Source of the DNA: Bacteroidia bacterium
Lineage (GTDB): Bacteria > Bacteroidota > Bacteroidia > NS11-12g > UBA955
Assembly (NCBI GenBank): GCA_040403495.1
Contig: JBBAKM010000014.1
Location: 614 to 64,613 of the forward strand
DNA length: 64,000 nt
Reading direction: 5' to 3'
Shown here one piece after another: positions 28,875-39,426 of this stretch (its first letter is position 1; each line of letters begins with the position of its first letter). The position numbers were made by a program, and so were the translations under genes. The notes beneath the pieces are model-generated. The model did not search any database, had not been told where the DNA came from, and worked only from the letters and a program-made list of their open reading frames with translations.

Positions 28875-30827
28875 ATGGTAAAATATTTTATACTCTCGTT
28901 GTCATTTCTATTTTGTTTTTTTAAATCATCTGCACAAGATACCATTAAGGTAAATACCCACAATAAAGTGGTGATTAAAACCAATCCTTCGGTTGGACAT
29001 ACTTATTATTCTTCATGGGGAACTTTTCCTGCAAAGGATGTCTCATACCGTAAAGTGTATTTGTATTTAGAATTTGGTTGTGCACCTGGTTTGAGATGTG
29101 GAGAGTGGGATTATTTAAACCATATTTATATTGGAAAAAAAGGAGGAGTTAATGGCGATAGTTTGCATTATGAATTGGCAAGATTTATTACACCTTATGG
29201 TTTTTACTGGAACAGTAGTCAAAATTGGAAGCATGGTTGGATCTTTGATGTGACTGAATTTTCTGATATTTTGCATGATTCGGTTCAAATTTTATATAAA
29301 CACACAGGTTATGAGTCAAACACAGACAGAGGTTGGACAGTAACATTGGATTTTAATTTTGTAAAAGGAGAGGCTGCGCTTATTCCTATGGGATACCAAA
29401 GTTTACACAATGTGAATGCGCCTTATGGTAATCCAAACAGAACCTTCGAAAGCGTAGTGACTGACAAGTCGTTTCAAGTGCCTGTTGGTGCAGATTATAC
29501 TGATATTATGACCTTGCAAACGGGGCATGGAATGGATCAGCAGCAGAATTGTGCTGAATTTTGTTCCAAAAGAAGAACGTTGAAATTAAACGATCAAGTG
29601 ATTTCAGAAAAAAATATTTGGAGAGATGATTGTGGTTTTAACAGCTTATTCCCTCAAGCAGGAACATGGGTTTACGACCGTGCCGGATGGTGTCCTGGAG
29701 CGCCTGTTTACGCCGATCATGTTTATTTGCCAACCGCAGCAGGTTCCAATAATACACTCGCTTTTAACATGGAAGCCTACACAAACACGGTAGGAGGAAG
29801 TGCTAATTATTCTATTTCTTCTTACGCATTTTTCTATAAAAACAATCAGAAACAAGTTGATGCCAGCGTAGATAGAATACTTTCTCCATCTACAGAATTT
29901 GAAAGCTCTAGATTGAACCCTACTTGTGGTGCTCCAATAATTAGAGTAAAAAATATGGGCAAAGAAACCATTACTTCTTTGGATTTTGAATATGGCAAAG
30001 TTGGTGGCTCATTGCAAAAAATATGGGTGCCTTGTAATATCAAACCATTTGAGACTCAAGTTTTAACTTTAGAAGCGGTTTACAATTGGACTGGTGCTAG
30101 TAATCAATTTGTGGTTAATGTTACCAAAGTAAATAGCAAAGAAGATGAATATCGCAAGGACAATGTTGCTTACAGTACTATTGCCAATGCACCTGTGACG
30201 CCAAATGCTATTGTTGTTTTATTGAAAACAAATAGCGCTCCGTCAGAAAATTCATATACGATTAAAGACGCTTGGGGTAAAGTTATTCGTAATAAATCTG
30301 GTTTTGCGCCTAATACAATTTACAGAGATACCGTTTATTTAGATAACAATGTGTGTTATTCATTTGAGTTTTCAGACGAGGGGCAAGGTCCAAGCAATAA
30401 CCCATTGAATGAAGATGGTATAGAATGGTGGGCTAATTCTGGCGATGGCGCAGGCTATGTTCAATTAAGACGTTTGTCTAACAATGCGATGTTGAGGAAT
30501 TTCCTTTCAGATTTCGGAACTAAACATATTTACAACTTCACAAGTTCATATTCTATGTCAACGGATGCGCCTGAGATGGGCCAATCAATGGAGTTGTTTG
30601 TGTTTCCAAATCCTGCTCACAATGAAGTTAATTTACACATAGAATCAGCCAATAATGGTTTGTTTCAAGTAAGTATAGTTGATGTAACAGGTAAAGAAGT
30701 TTACAAACGCGAAGGTCAATCAAACAGTGAAGATATTCAAGTTACCAACTTAGCAAAAGGGGTTTATACAGCCATTGTAAACAAAGATGGGGTTGTATTG
30801 ACTAAAAAGTTTGTGGTATTGGATTAA
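28875..30827 (+). CDS. Peptide-N-glycosidase F-related protein with T9SS C-terminal domain
   Basis: CGEWDY, ELARFITPYG, TGHG, CAEFC, QAGTWVYDRAGWCPG; CTD VFPNPA...GVY...KKFVV. Confidence 0.88.
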   Translation: MVKYFILSLSFLFCFFKSSAQDTIKVNTHNKVVIKTNPSVGHTYYSSWGTFPAKDVSYRKVYLYLEFGCAPGLRCGEWDYLNHIYIGKKGGVNGDSLHYELARFITPYGFYWNSSQNWKHGWIFDVTEFSDILHDSVQILYKHTGYESNTDRGWTVTLDFNFVKGEAALIPMGYQSLHNVNAPYGNPNRTFESVVTDKSFQVPVGADYTDIMTLQTGHGMDQQQNCAEFCSKRRTLKLNDQVISEKNIWRDDCGFNSLFPQAGTWVYDRAGWCPGAPVYADHVYLPTAAGSNNTLAFNMEAYTNTVGGSANYSISSYAFFYKNNQKQVDASVDRILSPSTEFESSRLNPTCGAPIIRVKNMGKETITSLDFEYGKVGGSLQKIWVPCNIKPFETQVLTLEAVYNWTGASNQFVVNVTKVNSKEDEYRKDNVAYSTIANAPVTPNAIVVLLKTNSAPSENSYTIKDAWGKVIRNKSGFAPNTIYRDTVYLDNNVCYSFEFSDEGQGPSNNPLNEDGIEWWANSGDGAGYVQLRRLSNNAMLRNFLSDFGTKHIYNFTSSYSMSTDAPEMGQSMELFVFPNPAHNEVNLHIESANNGLFQVSIVDVTGKEVYKREGQSNSEDIQVTNLAKGVYTAIVNKDGVVLTKKFVVLD

Positions 30828-30845
30828 TGGAATTTAAAAATGGAT

Positions 30846-32279
30846 TTATCCATTTTCATCTTCTAACTCATCCTCAATTCCCAAAACTTCATTGCTTTTA
30901 TCAAAAGTTAATGACTGTACATTTTTGAGTTGTCTGCCTATCGCCCTTGTTCTTATTTCGGCACTTTCTATCACATTTGAAGCCTCTTGTAGTTTCTTTT
31001 TGGTTTTGACAAGTACGTCACCAAATTTGCTAAACTCTGTTTTTACTGCTCCCAACAAATCCCAAACTTCACTGCTTCGTTTTTCGATGGCTAGTGTGCG
31101 GAATCCCATTTGTAAACTGTTTAAAAGTGCACTCAATGTTGTTGGTCCTGTGATGGTGATTTTATATTCTTTTTGCAATTGCTCAAACAATCCCGGCGTT
31201 CTTAATACCTCGCCAAATAAACTTTCGTAAGGTAAAAACATGATGCCATATTCTGTAGTATTGGGTGGATCAATGTATTTTTCTCTGATGTCTTGTGCAT
31301 TTTTGCGAATGCCTCTGATAAAGGCTTTTCTGTATTCTTCAATTTTTTCAATATCGCCTTTGTCGTATGCCTCAACCAAAGATTCGTAATCCTCTTTTGG
31401 AAATTTTGAATCGATAGGTAGCCACAAGCTCTTATCTAAATTATTGCCATTTGGCATTTTTATAGCAAACTCAACCACTGCACCGCTACCCACTTTGGTT
31501 TTTACGTTTTTCTCATATTGTTCGTTTGTCAACAAATCTTCAATGATGTTTTGTAGTTGGTATTCCCCTAAAACGCCTCTTGATTTTACATTGCTCATTA
31601 CTTTTTTGAGGTCGCCTACACTTGTTGCCAAATGTTGCATTTCGCCCAATCCTTTGTGAACAGCCTCCAATCGTTCACTCACTTGTTTGAATGATTCACC
31701 CAGTCGTTTTTCAAGTGTTTCATTCAGTTTTTCATCCACCGTTTTGCGCATTTCTTCGAGCTTTTTCTCATTGCCTTCTTGCATGTTTTTAACATTGCTT
31801 TCCAAACTCAGTTTTATCTCTTTTAGTTTTTCGCTTGTCTCTACGCTTTGGTTTTTTTGTTGCAACTGAAAATCAGTAAACTGTAGTCTCAAACTTTCTC
31901 TGTACTCTTTGAGAGAGTTGTTCAGGTCGAGCTTTAGTTTTTCTATGTTTTCGCCCAATTCTTTGCGATTGTCTTTGTTGTTAGAATCAATATTTTCCTG
32001 AAAAGATTTCAATTGCGTTAAGGTTTGACTTAAAAAAGACTGGATTTGAGCGTTCAGTTCAGTGCGTGTGTCTTTAAAAGCCGTGTTATTTTCGCTTCTA
32101 TTGTTTGAAAACTCAATTTTTAAATGTTGTTCAATTTTGTCAATTTGTTGGGCAATGGCTAATGAGTTTAAGTCATTTTGATTGGGTTGTAATTGCTTCT
32201 TTATTTGCAAAATTAATACGAGTCCAAAAATGCCTATGACAGCAAAAGCAATGAGAATTATTAGTTGTAAAGTTGTCAT
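30846..32279 (-). CDS. rmuC: DNA recombination protein RmuC
   Basis: N-terminal TM, coiled coil, KSRGVLGE, LPIDSKFP, PPNTTEYGIMFLP, GPTTL. Confidence 0.93.
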   Translation of the reverse strand: MTTLQLIILIAFAVIGIFGLVLILQIKKQLQPNQNDLNSLAIAQQIDKIEQHLKIEFSNNRSENNTAFKDTRTELNAQIQSFLSQTLTQLKSFQENIDSNNKDNRKELGENIEKLKLDLNNSLKEYRESLRLQFTDFQLQQKNQSVETSEKLKEIKLSLESNVKNMQEGNEKKLEEMRKTVDEKLNETLEKRLGESFKQVSERLEAVHKGLGEMQHLATSVGDLKKVMSNVKSRGVLGEYQLQNIIEDLLTNEQYEKNVKTKVGSGAVVEFAIKMPNGNNLDKSLWLPIDSKFPKEDYESLVEAYDKGDIEKIEEYRKAFIRGIRKNAQDIREKYIDPPNTTEYGIMFLPYESLFGEVLRTPGLFEQLQKEYKITITGPTTLSALLNSLQMGFRTLAIEKRSSEVWDLLGAVKTEFSKFGDVLVKTKKKLQEASNVIESAEIRTRAIGRQLKNVQSLTFDKSNEVLGIEDELEDENG

Positions 32280-32434
32280 TTTTAAAAACAATTTTTTTAG
32301 ATAACAAACTTAATTATTAAACAAGTTATTTCATAATTAACTTTAAAATGTTGATGCGGTTTTACTCTCAGGTTCTCCTAAATAAAATGTTAAAGAACAA
32401 ACAAAATCAATGTATATTTGTATTGTTTTTAGTT

Positions 32435-32899
32435 ATGTCAATCATATTAAATAGTTTAATTATAATAGTTGGTTTTTTGTTAATGGAGGGAGTTGCTTGG
32501 TTTACCCATAAATACATCATGCATGGATTTATGTGGTCATGGCATAAGAGTCACCACGAACCTCGCAAGGGTAAATTCGAGAAGAATGATTTATTCGGAA
32601 TTGTGTTTGCCTTTGTGTCTGCAGGGCTTATGATTAGCGGCTCTTGGGGTGATATAGATTGGAAGTTTTATTTAGGTATTGGAATTTTATTATACGGTTT
32701 GGCTTATTTTTTAGTTCACGATGTGTTTGTTCACCAAAGGTTACCTTTGTTAAAAAGAACAAACAACGCCTATTTTCAAGCAATGCGTTTTGCGCACAAA
32801 ATCCATCACAAAGTCTCGTCGAAAGAGGGTGCTGAAGCATTTGGATTTTTATTTGTAAGCAAAAAGTATCTTAACAAATTTAAGCATAAACAAAAATGA
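32435..32899 (+). CDS. crtZ: Beta-carotene hydroxylase
   Basis: HKYIMHG, WHKSHH, FEKND, VHDVFVHQR, HKIHH; TATATTTG box just upstream of this start. Confidence 0.92.
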   Translation: MSIILNSLIIIVGFLLMEGVAWFTHKYIMHGFMWSWHKSHHEPRKGKFEKNDLFGIVFAFVSAGLMISGSWGDIDWKFYLGIGILLYGLAYFLVHDVFVHQRLPLLKRTNNAYFQAMRFAHKIHHKVSSKEGAEAFGFLFVSKKYLNKFKHKQK

Positions 32900-34380
32900 G
32901 TAAAAAAATAGTTGTTATAGGAAGTGGATTTGCGGGACTGACAAGTGCCTCTTATTTGGCAAAACAAGGTCATCAAGTTACGTTGTTGGAAAAAAATGAC
33001 CAAGTTGGTGGTCGTTGCAGAAAATGGGAAACAGAAGGCTTTACCTTTGATATGGGTCCAAGTTGGTATTGGATGCCCGAAGTATTCGAAAATTTTTTCA
33101 AGGATTTTGGTTACAAGGTTTCTGATTTTTACGAATTACTAAGGCTCGACCCTGCCTACCGCATCTATTTTACCAATAATGAACAAATTGATATTCCCGC
33201 AAGTTTAGATGAGTTGGTGAATGAATTTGAAAAAAGAGAAAAAGGAAGTGGGGTTAAATTAAGAGCATTTTTGAAAGATGCTGAATACAAGTACCATACT
33301 GCCATGTCAGATTACGTTAACCGTTTGTCTGATTCAATTTTTGAGTTCGTAGAACCCCGTTTAATCATCAAATCCTTCCAACTGAGCTTGTTTTCTTCTC
33401 TAAGAAAAGCAGTTAGAAAAGAGTTTAAAAATCCATTATTGGTGAGTTTGCTTGAGTTTCCTGTTTTGTTTTTAGGGTCAACCCCAGACAATACACCTGC
33501 CATGTACAGCATGATGAATTATGCCGATTTGGTTAAAGGAACTTGGTTTCCCAAAAAAGGAATGGTTCAAATATCAGAAGCCTTTGCAAGCGTAGCAAAA
33601 AGTCAAGGGGTTACTATTTTGCTTAACAAAGCCGTGACACATATTCGTGTAGAGAATTCCAAAACAGTAGGAGTGGAAGTGGGAGATGAGTTTTATGAGG
33701 CAGACATTGTGGTTGCAGGAAGTGATTATCATTTTACAGAACAAACGCTTTTAGACAAGCAACACCGTGTGTATGATGAAAAATATTGGGAATCACGAAC
33801 GATGTCCCCAAGTTCTTTATTGTATTACGTTGGTATCAATACTAAACTTAAAGAAGTATTGCATCACAACTTGTTTTTCGATGAAGATTTTGAGCAGCAT
33901 GCCGTTGAGATATACAAAGAGCCAAAATGGCCAAGCAAACCTTTGTTTTATTTGTGTGTGTCAAGCAAATCTGACCCAACTTGTGCTCCCGAAGGGTATG
34001 AGAATTTATTCTTTTTGATTCCTTTAGCCCCAGGTTTGGAGGATTCTGAAGCATTAAGAGAAACGTATTTTCAAACCATGACAAAGCGTCTTAAAGAAAA
34101 ATCGGGAATTGATATCAATGAACATATAGTTGTAAAACGCTCATTTGCAATGAATGATTTCGAAAAAGATTACAATTCATACAAAGGCAATGCTTATGGA
34201 TTGGCAAACACATTATTGCAAACGGCTTTTTTAAAACCAAAGATTAAGTCGAAAAAGGTTAAAAACCTGTTTTATACAGGTCAGTTAACTGTACCCGGGC
34301 CAGGGGTTCCACCTGCCATTATAAGTGGGCAAATTGTAGCTGGAGAAATTGAAAAAATGCTAAAATTGAGTCAGTTATAA
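32896..34380 (+). CDS. crtI: Phytoene desaturase
   Basis: VIGSGFAGL, FDMGPSWYWMP, GQLTVPGPGVPP. Confidence 0.93.
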   Translation: MSKKIVVIGSGFAGLTSASYLAKQGHQVTLLEKNDQVGGRCRKWETEGFTFDMGPSWYWMPEVFENFFKDFGYKVSDFYELLRLDPAYRIYFTNNEQIDIPASLDELVNEFEKREKGSGVKLRAFLKDAEYKYHTAMSDYVNRLSDSIFEFVEPRLIIKSFQLSLFSSLRKAVRKEFKNPLLVSLLEFPVLFLGSTPDNTPAMYSMMNYADLVKGTWFPKKGMVQISEAFASVAKSQGVTILLNKAVTHIRVENSKTVGVEVGDEFYEADIVVAGSDYHFTEQTLLDKQHRVYDEKYWESRTMSPSSLLYYVGINTKLKEVLHHNLFFDEDFEQHAVEIYKEPKWPSKPLFYLCVSSKSDPTCAPEGYENLFFLIPLAPGLEDSEALRETYFQTMTKRLKEKSGIDINEHIVVKRSFAMNDFEKDYNSYKGNAYGLANTLLQTAFLKPKIKSKKVKNLFYTGQLTVPGPGVPPAIISGQIVAGEIEKMLKLSQL

Positions 34381-34419
34381 AACTTTTTAAAATTATTCTT
34401 GTTTAAATATTAAAGTAAT

Positions 34420-35256
34420 ATGTTTGAGATTTACGAAAAAACTTCCATTGATTGTAGTAAAAAAACTACCAACAATTATAGCACGTCCTTTTCTTTAGGG
34501 ATTAAAATGATAAGCAAAAGCCATCGTTGGGCCATTTATGGTATTTATGGTTTTGTGCGTTTAGCAGATGAAATTGTTGATACTTTTGACAGAGAAGACA
34601 AAGCAGAGTTGTTAGCTGAATTCAAAGCTGATACCTACAAAGCTATTGAAAAAGGAATAAGCTTAAATCCAATTTTGCACTCTTTTCAGAAAGCTGCCAA
34701 TCAGTTCGGTATTGGTAAGGATTTAATTGAACCTTTCTTTAACAGTATGGAAACGGATTTGGGTAAGCAAACATACAACCGTGGACAGTATGATGAATAT
34801 ATTTATGGTAGTGCAGAAGTAGTTGGCTTAATGTGTCTTAAGGTGTTTTGCGACGGAAAAGAAGGGTTATACCAACAGTTGGTAAGTCCAGCCAGATCAT
34901 TAGGTGCCGCTTTCCAAAAGGTTAATTTTTTGAGAGATATTAAAAGTGATGTTGAAGACAGAGGTCGCGTTTATTTTCCAACTTTGAATTTAGCGGAGTT
35001 TGATGAGTCGGTAAAAAGACAAATTATTATGGAAGTTAAGGCTGATTTTGACCAAGCACATGTTGGAATAAAACAATTACCATTAAGTTGTCGTTTTGGT
35101 GTTTATACAGCTTACCGCTATTACTTAAGATTGCTTGATAAAATTGAACGCGTCAATGCTGCTGAAGTTTTAGAAAAAAGAATTAGAGTTGCCAATACCG
35201 AAAAAGTGGCTTTGTTAGCCCGTTCTTATGTTAAGTTCAAATTCAATGTTTTGTAA
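34420..35256 (+). CDS. crtB: Phytoene synthase
   Basis: YSTSFS, RLADEIVD, YIYGSAEVVGLMC, FQKVNFLRD. Confidence 0.94.
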   Translation: MFEIYEKTSIDCSKKTTNNYSTSFSLGIKMISKSHRWAIYGIYGFVRLADEIVDTFDREDKAELLAEFKADTYKAIEKGISLNPILHSFQKAANQFGIGKDLIEPFFNSMETDLGKQTYNRGQYDEYIYGSAEVVGLMCLKVFCDGKEGLYQQLVSPARSLGAAFQKVNFLRDIKSDVEDRGRVYFPTLNLAEFDESVKRQIIMEVKADFDQAHVGIKQLPLSCRFGVYTAYRYYLRLLDKIERVNAAEVLEKRIRVANTEKVALLARSYVKFKFNVL

Positions 35257-35737
35257 GCTAAAGATAGCCTCTCTTTTATTCATTGGTTTTTTTTCGTTTT
35301 CATTTATCCAAGTTGATGAAGTTTCGGAACTAAGAGCCTCATTCCAAAAAGCATTGACTTCATCTAAGTCAGCAACTGATTTAAATACACTAACTTCCAA
35401 GCAAGAAACGGCAATTAAAAAAGCGTATCACGGCGTGTCTTATACACTGTTAGGGAAACATGCCACTAACCCAATTAAAAAATTAGAGTATTTGAAAAAA
35501 GGGTTGCCTATTCTTAATCAAGCTGTTCAAGACAAACCCTTGGATGTTGAAATTCGTTTTTTAAGATTTACGGTAGAAGAAAATGTACCCTCGTTTGTTC
35601 AAATAGAACGACATATTAATAGTGATAAATATTTTTTGGTTAATAATCTTAAACCATCTCATACGTATTACGAGTACATAAAAAACTATTTAAAACAGTC
35701 GAAATCATTGACTGTTGCAGAAAAATCTAAACTTTAG
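35246..35737 (+). CDS. Hypothetical exported helical protein in the carotenoid operon
   Basis: Signal-like N-terminus, NPIKKL...VEIRFLR; overlaps the crtB stop. Confidence 0.65.
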   Translation: MFCKLKIASLLFIGFFSFSFIQVDEVSELRASFQKALTSSKSATDLNTLTSKQETAIKKAYHGVSYTLLGKHATNPIKKLEYLKKGLPILNQAVQDKPLDVEIRFLRFTVEENVPSFVQIERHINSDKYFLVNNLKPSHTYYEYIKNYLKQSKSLTVAEKSKL

Positions 35738-35745
35738 TTGTTTCT

Positions 35746-37347
35746 TTATTCGTGAGGATTGTCATCTCCATCATCATCAAAAATATTAGCACCAAAATCA
35801 CGTTGGTCTTGGTCGTCTAAGAATGGATTTTCAAGTTGTGATTTCCCTAAAGAATACAAGTCTGTTTGAGCACTGTGGTCATCGTCGGTGTTTATTTTAC
35901 TTGAATAAGTAACCATAGTTGGTTCTTGATGGTAATCGCCAAAATTCGACATGTCATTTTCGTCGTAGTTCACAAACTTCGCAAAGTTTTCAAGGAAACG
36001 AACTTTTGCTTCACCTGTTGGTCCATTTCTGTGTTTTTGAATAATAACCTCACCTAAACTTGGGTCGCCAACTTGAGGTTCATTCAGTTTGTAGTAGTTT
36101 GGACGCCATATAAATCCAACAATATCCGCATCTTGCTCAATACTTCCCGATTCCCTTAAGTCACTCAACTGTGGTTTTTTATCACCTGCTCTTTTCTCAA
36201 CATCACGACTCAACTGAGCAAGGGCAATAATCGGAATATTCAGTTCTTTGGCTAATCCTTTCAATGCTCTTGAAATGGAACCAATCTCTTGTTCCCTGTT
36301 TCCGTTTTTGCCTACATCTTCACCTCGCATTAACTGTAAATAATCGACAACTACCATTTCAATATGGTGTTTGCTATGTAATCGTCGGCACTTAGCTTTA
36401 AACTCAAAGATTGGTAAAGAAGGGGTGTCGTCAATAAAAATTTGTGCTTTAGAAAGTTTTTGAATTTTAGTGTGGAGTTGAGTCCATTCATGTTCTTCCA
36501 AAGTGCCTTTTTTAAGTTTTTCACTCGAAATTTCACTTTCCGCAGCAATAAGCCTTGTTACAAGTTGGGCTGCACTCATCTCAAGTGAGAAAATAGCAAC
36601 GGGTCTCATAAAATCAACCGCAGCATTTCTAAGCATGGTTAGGGCAAGTGCCGTTTTTCCCATACCCGGCCTAGCTGCTAATATAATTAAATCTGACTTT
36701 TGCCAACCAGAAGTAATGTCGTCTAAGTTTTTAAGTCCACTTGGAATGCCTGTTAAACCATCTTTTTTGTCGTGGTTAGCTTCAATAATACTAATAGCTT
36801 CGTTAATAATGCTAGAAATTTCTTTGTAAGAACGTTTCATGCCATCATTTTTTACCTCGTATAAATCCTTTTCGGTTTCATCAAGTAGTTTGAAGGCATC
36901 AGTTCCTTCATCAAAAGCTGAAGAAAGTGTTTCACCCGAAATTCTAATTAATTCTCTTTGAATAAATTTTTGAATAACGATGTGGGCGTGGTATTGAATA
37001 TTTGCAGCAGAGGCAACTCTACTGGTCAGTTTGGCAATGTAGAAAGGGCCACCAACGAGTTCTAAAAGTCCTTTTATTTTGAGTTTTTCAGTAACAGTTA
37101 ATATGTCAACAGGTTGGTTCAAGTTATACAAATCAATCATTGATTCAAAGATGAATCGATTGTTTTCGTTGTAAAAATGTTTGCCTTGTAACACTTCAAT
37201 TGCATCTCTAAGAGCATCTTTCTCCAACATAATTGCTCCTAAGATGGCTTCCTCAAAATCCATTGCTTGAGGTGGAATTCGTCCCCCTGCATCAAGTGTT
37301 GTTAAATCTATGGTCTTTTTTCGTTTTACACTTGGACGTTCTAACAT
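35746..37347 (-). CDS. dnaB: Replicative DNA helicase
   Basis: AARPGMGKT, FSLEMS, VDYLQLM, LSDLRESGSIEQDAD, KHRNGPTG. Confidence 0.97.
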   Translation of the reverse strand: MLERPSVKRKKTIDLTTLDAGGRIPPQAMDFEEAILGAIMLEKDALRDAIEVLQGKHFYNENNRFIFESMIDLYNLNQPVDILTVTEKLKIKGLLELVGGPFYIAKLTSRVASAANIQYHAHIVIQKFIQRELIRISGETLSSAFDEGTDAFKLLDETEKDLYEVKNDGMKRSYKEISSIINEAISIIEANHDKKDGLTGIPSGLKNLDDITSGWQKSDLIILAARPGMGKTALALTMLRNAAVDFMRPVAIFSLEMSAAQLVTRLIAAESEISSEKLKKGTLEEHEWTQLHTKIQKLSKAQIFIDDTPSLPIFEFKAKCRRLHSKHHIEMVVVDYLQLMRGEDVGKNGNREQEIGSISRALKGLAKELNIPIIALAQLSRDVEKRAGDKKPQLSDLRESGSIEQDADIVGFIWRPNYYKLNEPQVGDPSLGEVIIQKHRNGPTGEAKVRFLENFAKFVNYDENDMSNFGDYHQEPTMVTYSSKINTDDDHSAQTDLYSLGKSQLENPFLDDQDQRDFGANIFDDDGDDNPHE

Positions 37348-37527
37348 ACTTGCGAAACTAAATTAAAAAATTAGTTATTGCGAATTAATCTTATCCATTT
37401 TTGGTGTTAATTGATTGTTGATATTATTTGGTTGGAAATTTTTATAAAATTTAGGCTGAGAAGGTTTTTTTAGCTTAAAACAACTTTTTGTTTTAAGTGT
37501 AAACTTTTATTACACTTGTTACAAAAG

Positions 37528-38217
37528 ATGGTTTTTTTAAAAAAAGTTGTTTTGTTGTTAATTGTGGTTTTTGCATTTGCTTGTAATAAGGTTGGAGAAA
37601 ACCCAGCGCAACAAAAAACAGTTTCTTATAACCCATATGATTATTGGATGAAGTATGAGTTTATAAAAAATAGTTATGAAGTTTATAATGTTATTAATGA
37701 TTCAAATGTATTTACTTATGAAGATACTTTAGAGTATGCCGGAGATACATTGATTGCGCCTGTTTTTGGTCTCTATTTCAATAAGTATGCTTTTCGAAAG
37801 AAAACGGATTTTAGTCAGTTCATTATTGGGAAAGGGGGAGAATCACAAATGGATATTTTATTTGGTCGAACTCAATACCCTTTTTTTAATTTAAATTTGA
37901 TTCAAGATTCAGGTGATTTAAAAAAAATATCTTATGATGGTTATCCTTTTGATGACAGATTTTTAGTTAGTTATAATTCAATTTTTGAACAAGGATATAT
38001 GAGTGCTTTGGGGAGTCATAAAATTATAAAAAGTTCTGTGATTTATTCTTATAAAAACGATACAGGAGGTAAAGAGTATATGAAATCTGATTTTGTTTTG
38101 GCTAAGAATGTAGGTTTGGTTGAAATGAGACTTTATTATTATTGTAATGGGATGTATTCATTGCCCGACAAGTCATACCAAGTGCTTTATAAAATTAAAT
38201 CAGTAATTCAACCATGA
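37528..38217 (+). CDS. Hypothetical lipoprotein
   Basis: Lipobox FAFAC; AT-rich; C-terminal LAKNVGLVE. Confidence 0.6.
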   Translation: MVFLKKVVLLLIVVFAFACNKVGENPAQQKTVSYNPYDYWMKYEFIKNSYEVYNVINDSNVFTYEDTLEYAGDTLIAPVFGLYFNKYAFRKKTDFSQFIIGKGGESQMDILFGRTQYPFFNLNLIQDSGDLKKISYDGYPFDDRFLVSYNSIFEQGYMSALGSHKIIKSSVIYSYKNDTGGKEYMKSDFVLAKNVGLVEMRLYYYCNGMYSLPDKSYQVLYKIKSVIQP

Positions 38218-38618
38218 GAAAATTTTTATTTTTTGGATTTGTATTATTGGTTTCTTGTTACAATAAGCCCTTTCATCAAGAACCAATTGATTTGCTTTTT
38301 AGGATTAAATCAACTTCGAATGTCGATTACCAGATAAGTGAGATTTATCCGAATACACCGCGTAGTAAAAATTTAAAATTAGATTCTGTAAATGCTTATT
38401 ATCCTAATTTTGATGTTAATTATGACAGTGTATTTTATGTTGTTAAAAACACTGTAAATAGAAGGCAGTTTTATTTTTCTTTAAAATATAAATACAAAGT
38501 TGTTGAAGATTTAGATAAGGCGGATGTTAGTGTGCGTTTTTATGATTTTTTGCCAAGGAATTTAAGTTTGGATAGTGTTAATCTTGTTAAGGATGAATTA
38601 TGGTTGTTTTGCGAATAA
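38214..38618 (+). CDS. Hypothetical lipoprotein
   Basis: Lipobox LLVSC; ATGA overlap with the previous gene. Confidence 0.55.
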   Translation: MRKFLFFGFVLLVSCYNKPFHQEPIDLLFRIKSTSNVDYQISEIYPNTPRSKNLKLDSVNAYYPNFDVNYDSVFYVVKNTVNRRQFYFSLKYKYKVVEDLDKADVSVRFYDFLPRNLSLDSVNLVKDELWLFCE

Positions 38619-39241
38619 TAATCTTTGTTTTTTTTAATATTTGTGTTTTGTCATTAATGTCTGATACAATACCTAAATACAGGCATACTTTTGGGTTATC
38701 TGTAAGTAAGCCATTTGAGTATGTTTTGCCATATAAAAACATTAAGAATGAGTTTTTTTATTCATTAAGAAAATACAATAATTTGAATGTTCAATTAAGT
38801 GGTGGTTTTGAAAAGTTGAATTTATCAGTCGAAGAAAATAATGTAGTTAATGGTTTGTACATTCGCTTGGGTTTTAATAAGTCAATCCGTGTTAAGGGGA
38901 GCAAATATTTGAATAATCGATTTTATTATGGGTTCAACTTGTTTGCTAATTACTACAAACATAAAGTGGAAATTGAACCATTAGGACAGTTCAAAGGGGG
39001 ATATTATTTGCAAAAAGAAAACCTGTCAAGTTGTGGTTCAATTGAAACAGAACTTGGGATAAATCTATACAAATCTTCAAATAAAAAATTCTCAGTTTTG
39101 TGTGTGCAGCGAGGTGGATTTGTGATTGTACAGCCAAAGATGATGTATTATGCACCTGAATTGCCAGGAATTAAGCAGTATAATATGAATAGACTTTATT
39201 GGTCCGCCTTAAATTTTACGATAATGTACTCTTTTAAGTAA
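38600..39241 (+). CDS. Hypothetical outer-membrane beta-barrel-like protein
   Basis: Signal peptide, amphipathic strands (GLYIRLGFN, FYYGFNL), terminal YSFK. Confidence 0.55.
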   Translation: MVVLRIIIFVFFNICVLSLMSDTIPKYRHTFGLSVSKPFEYVLPYKNIKNEFFYSLRKYNNLNVQLSGGFEKLNLSVEENNVVNGLYIRLGFNKSIRVKGSKYLNNRFYYGFNLFANYYKHKVEIEPLGQFKGGYYLQKENLSSCGSIETELGINLYKSSNKKFSVLCVQRGGFVIVQPKMMYYAPELPGIKQYNMNRLYWSALNFTIMYSFK

Positions 39242-39426
39242 ATTTAGTTTTATTTTTCCCATTGACAAATTGGCGTTTTGCAGGACTCGCTGTCAGATTA
39301 ATATTGTAAGTTCATTTGTGGCATCATTGTGGGAACATGAGTACAATAGTCTACACTTATAACATTAGTGGGATTATTAATTTTAAAATATAAAATCAAA
39401 CTATTAAATTTGTTTATTATTCAATA

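Noticed and set aside
35746-37347. Intein in DnaB
   Set aside because: Helicase motifs are contiguous; the extra length is an acidic C-terminal tail.
39260-39335. Heat-shock or sigma54 promoter before clpC
   Set aside because: TGGCATCATTGTGGG lacks the -12 GC; the TGACA/TGTCA half-sites are too weak to call.
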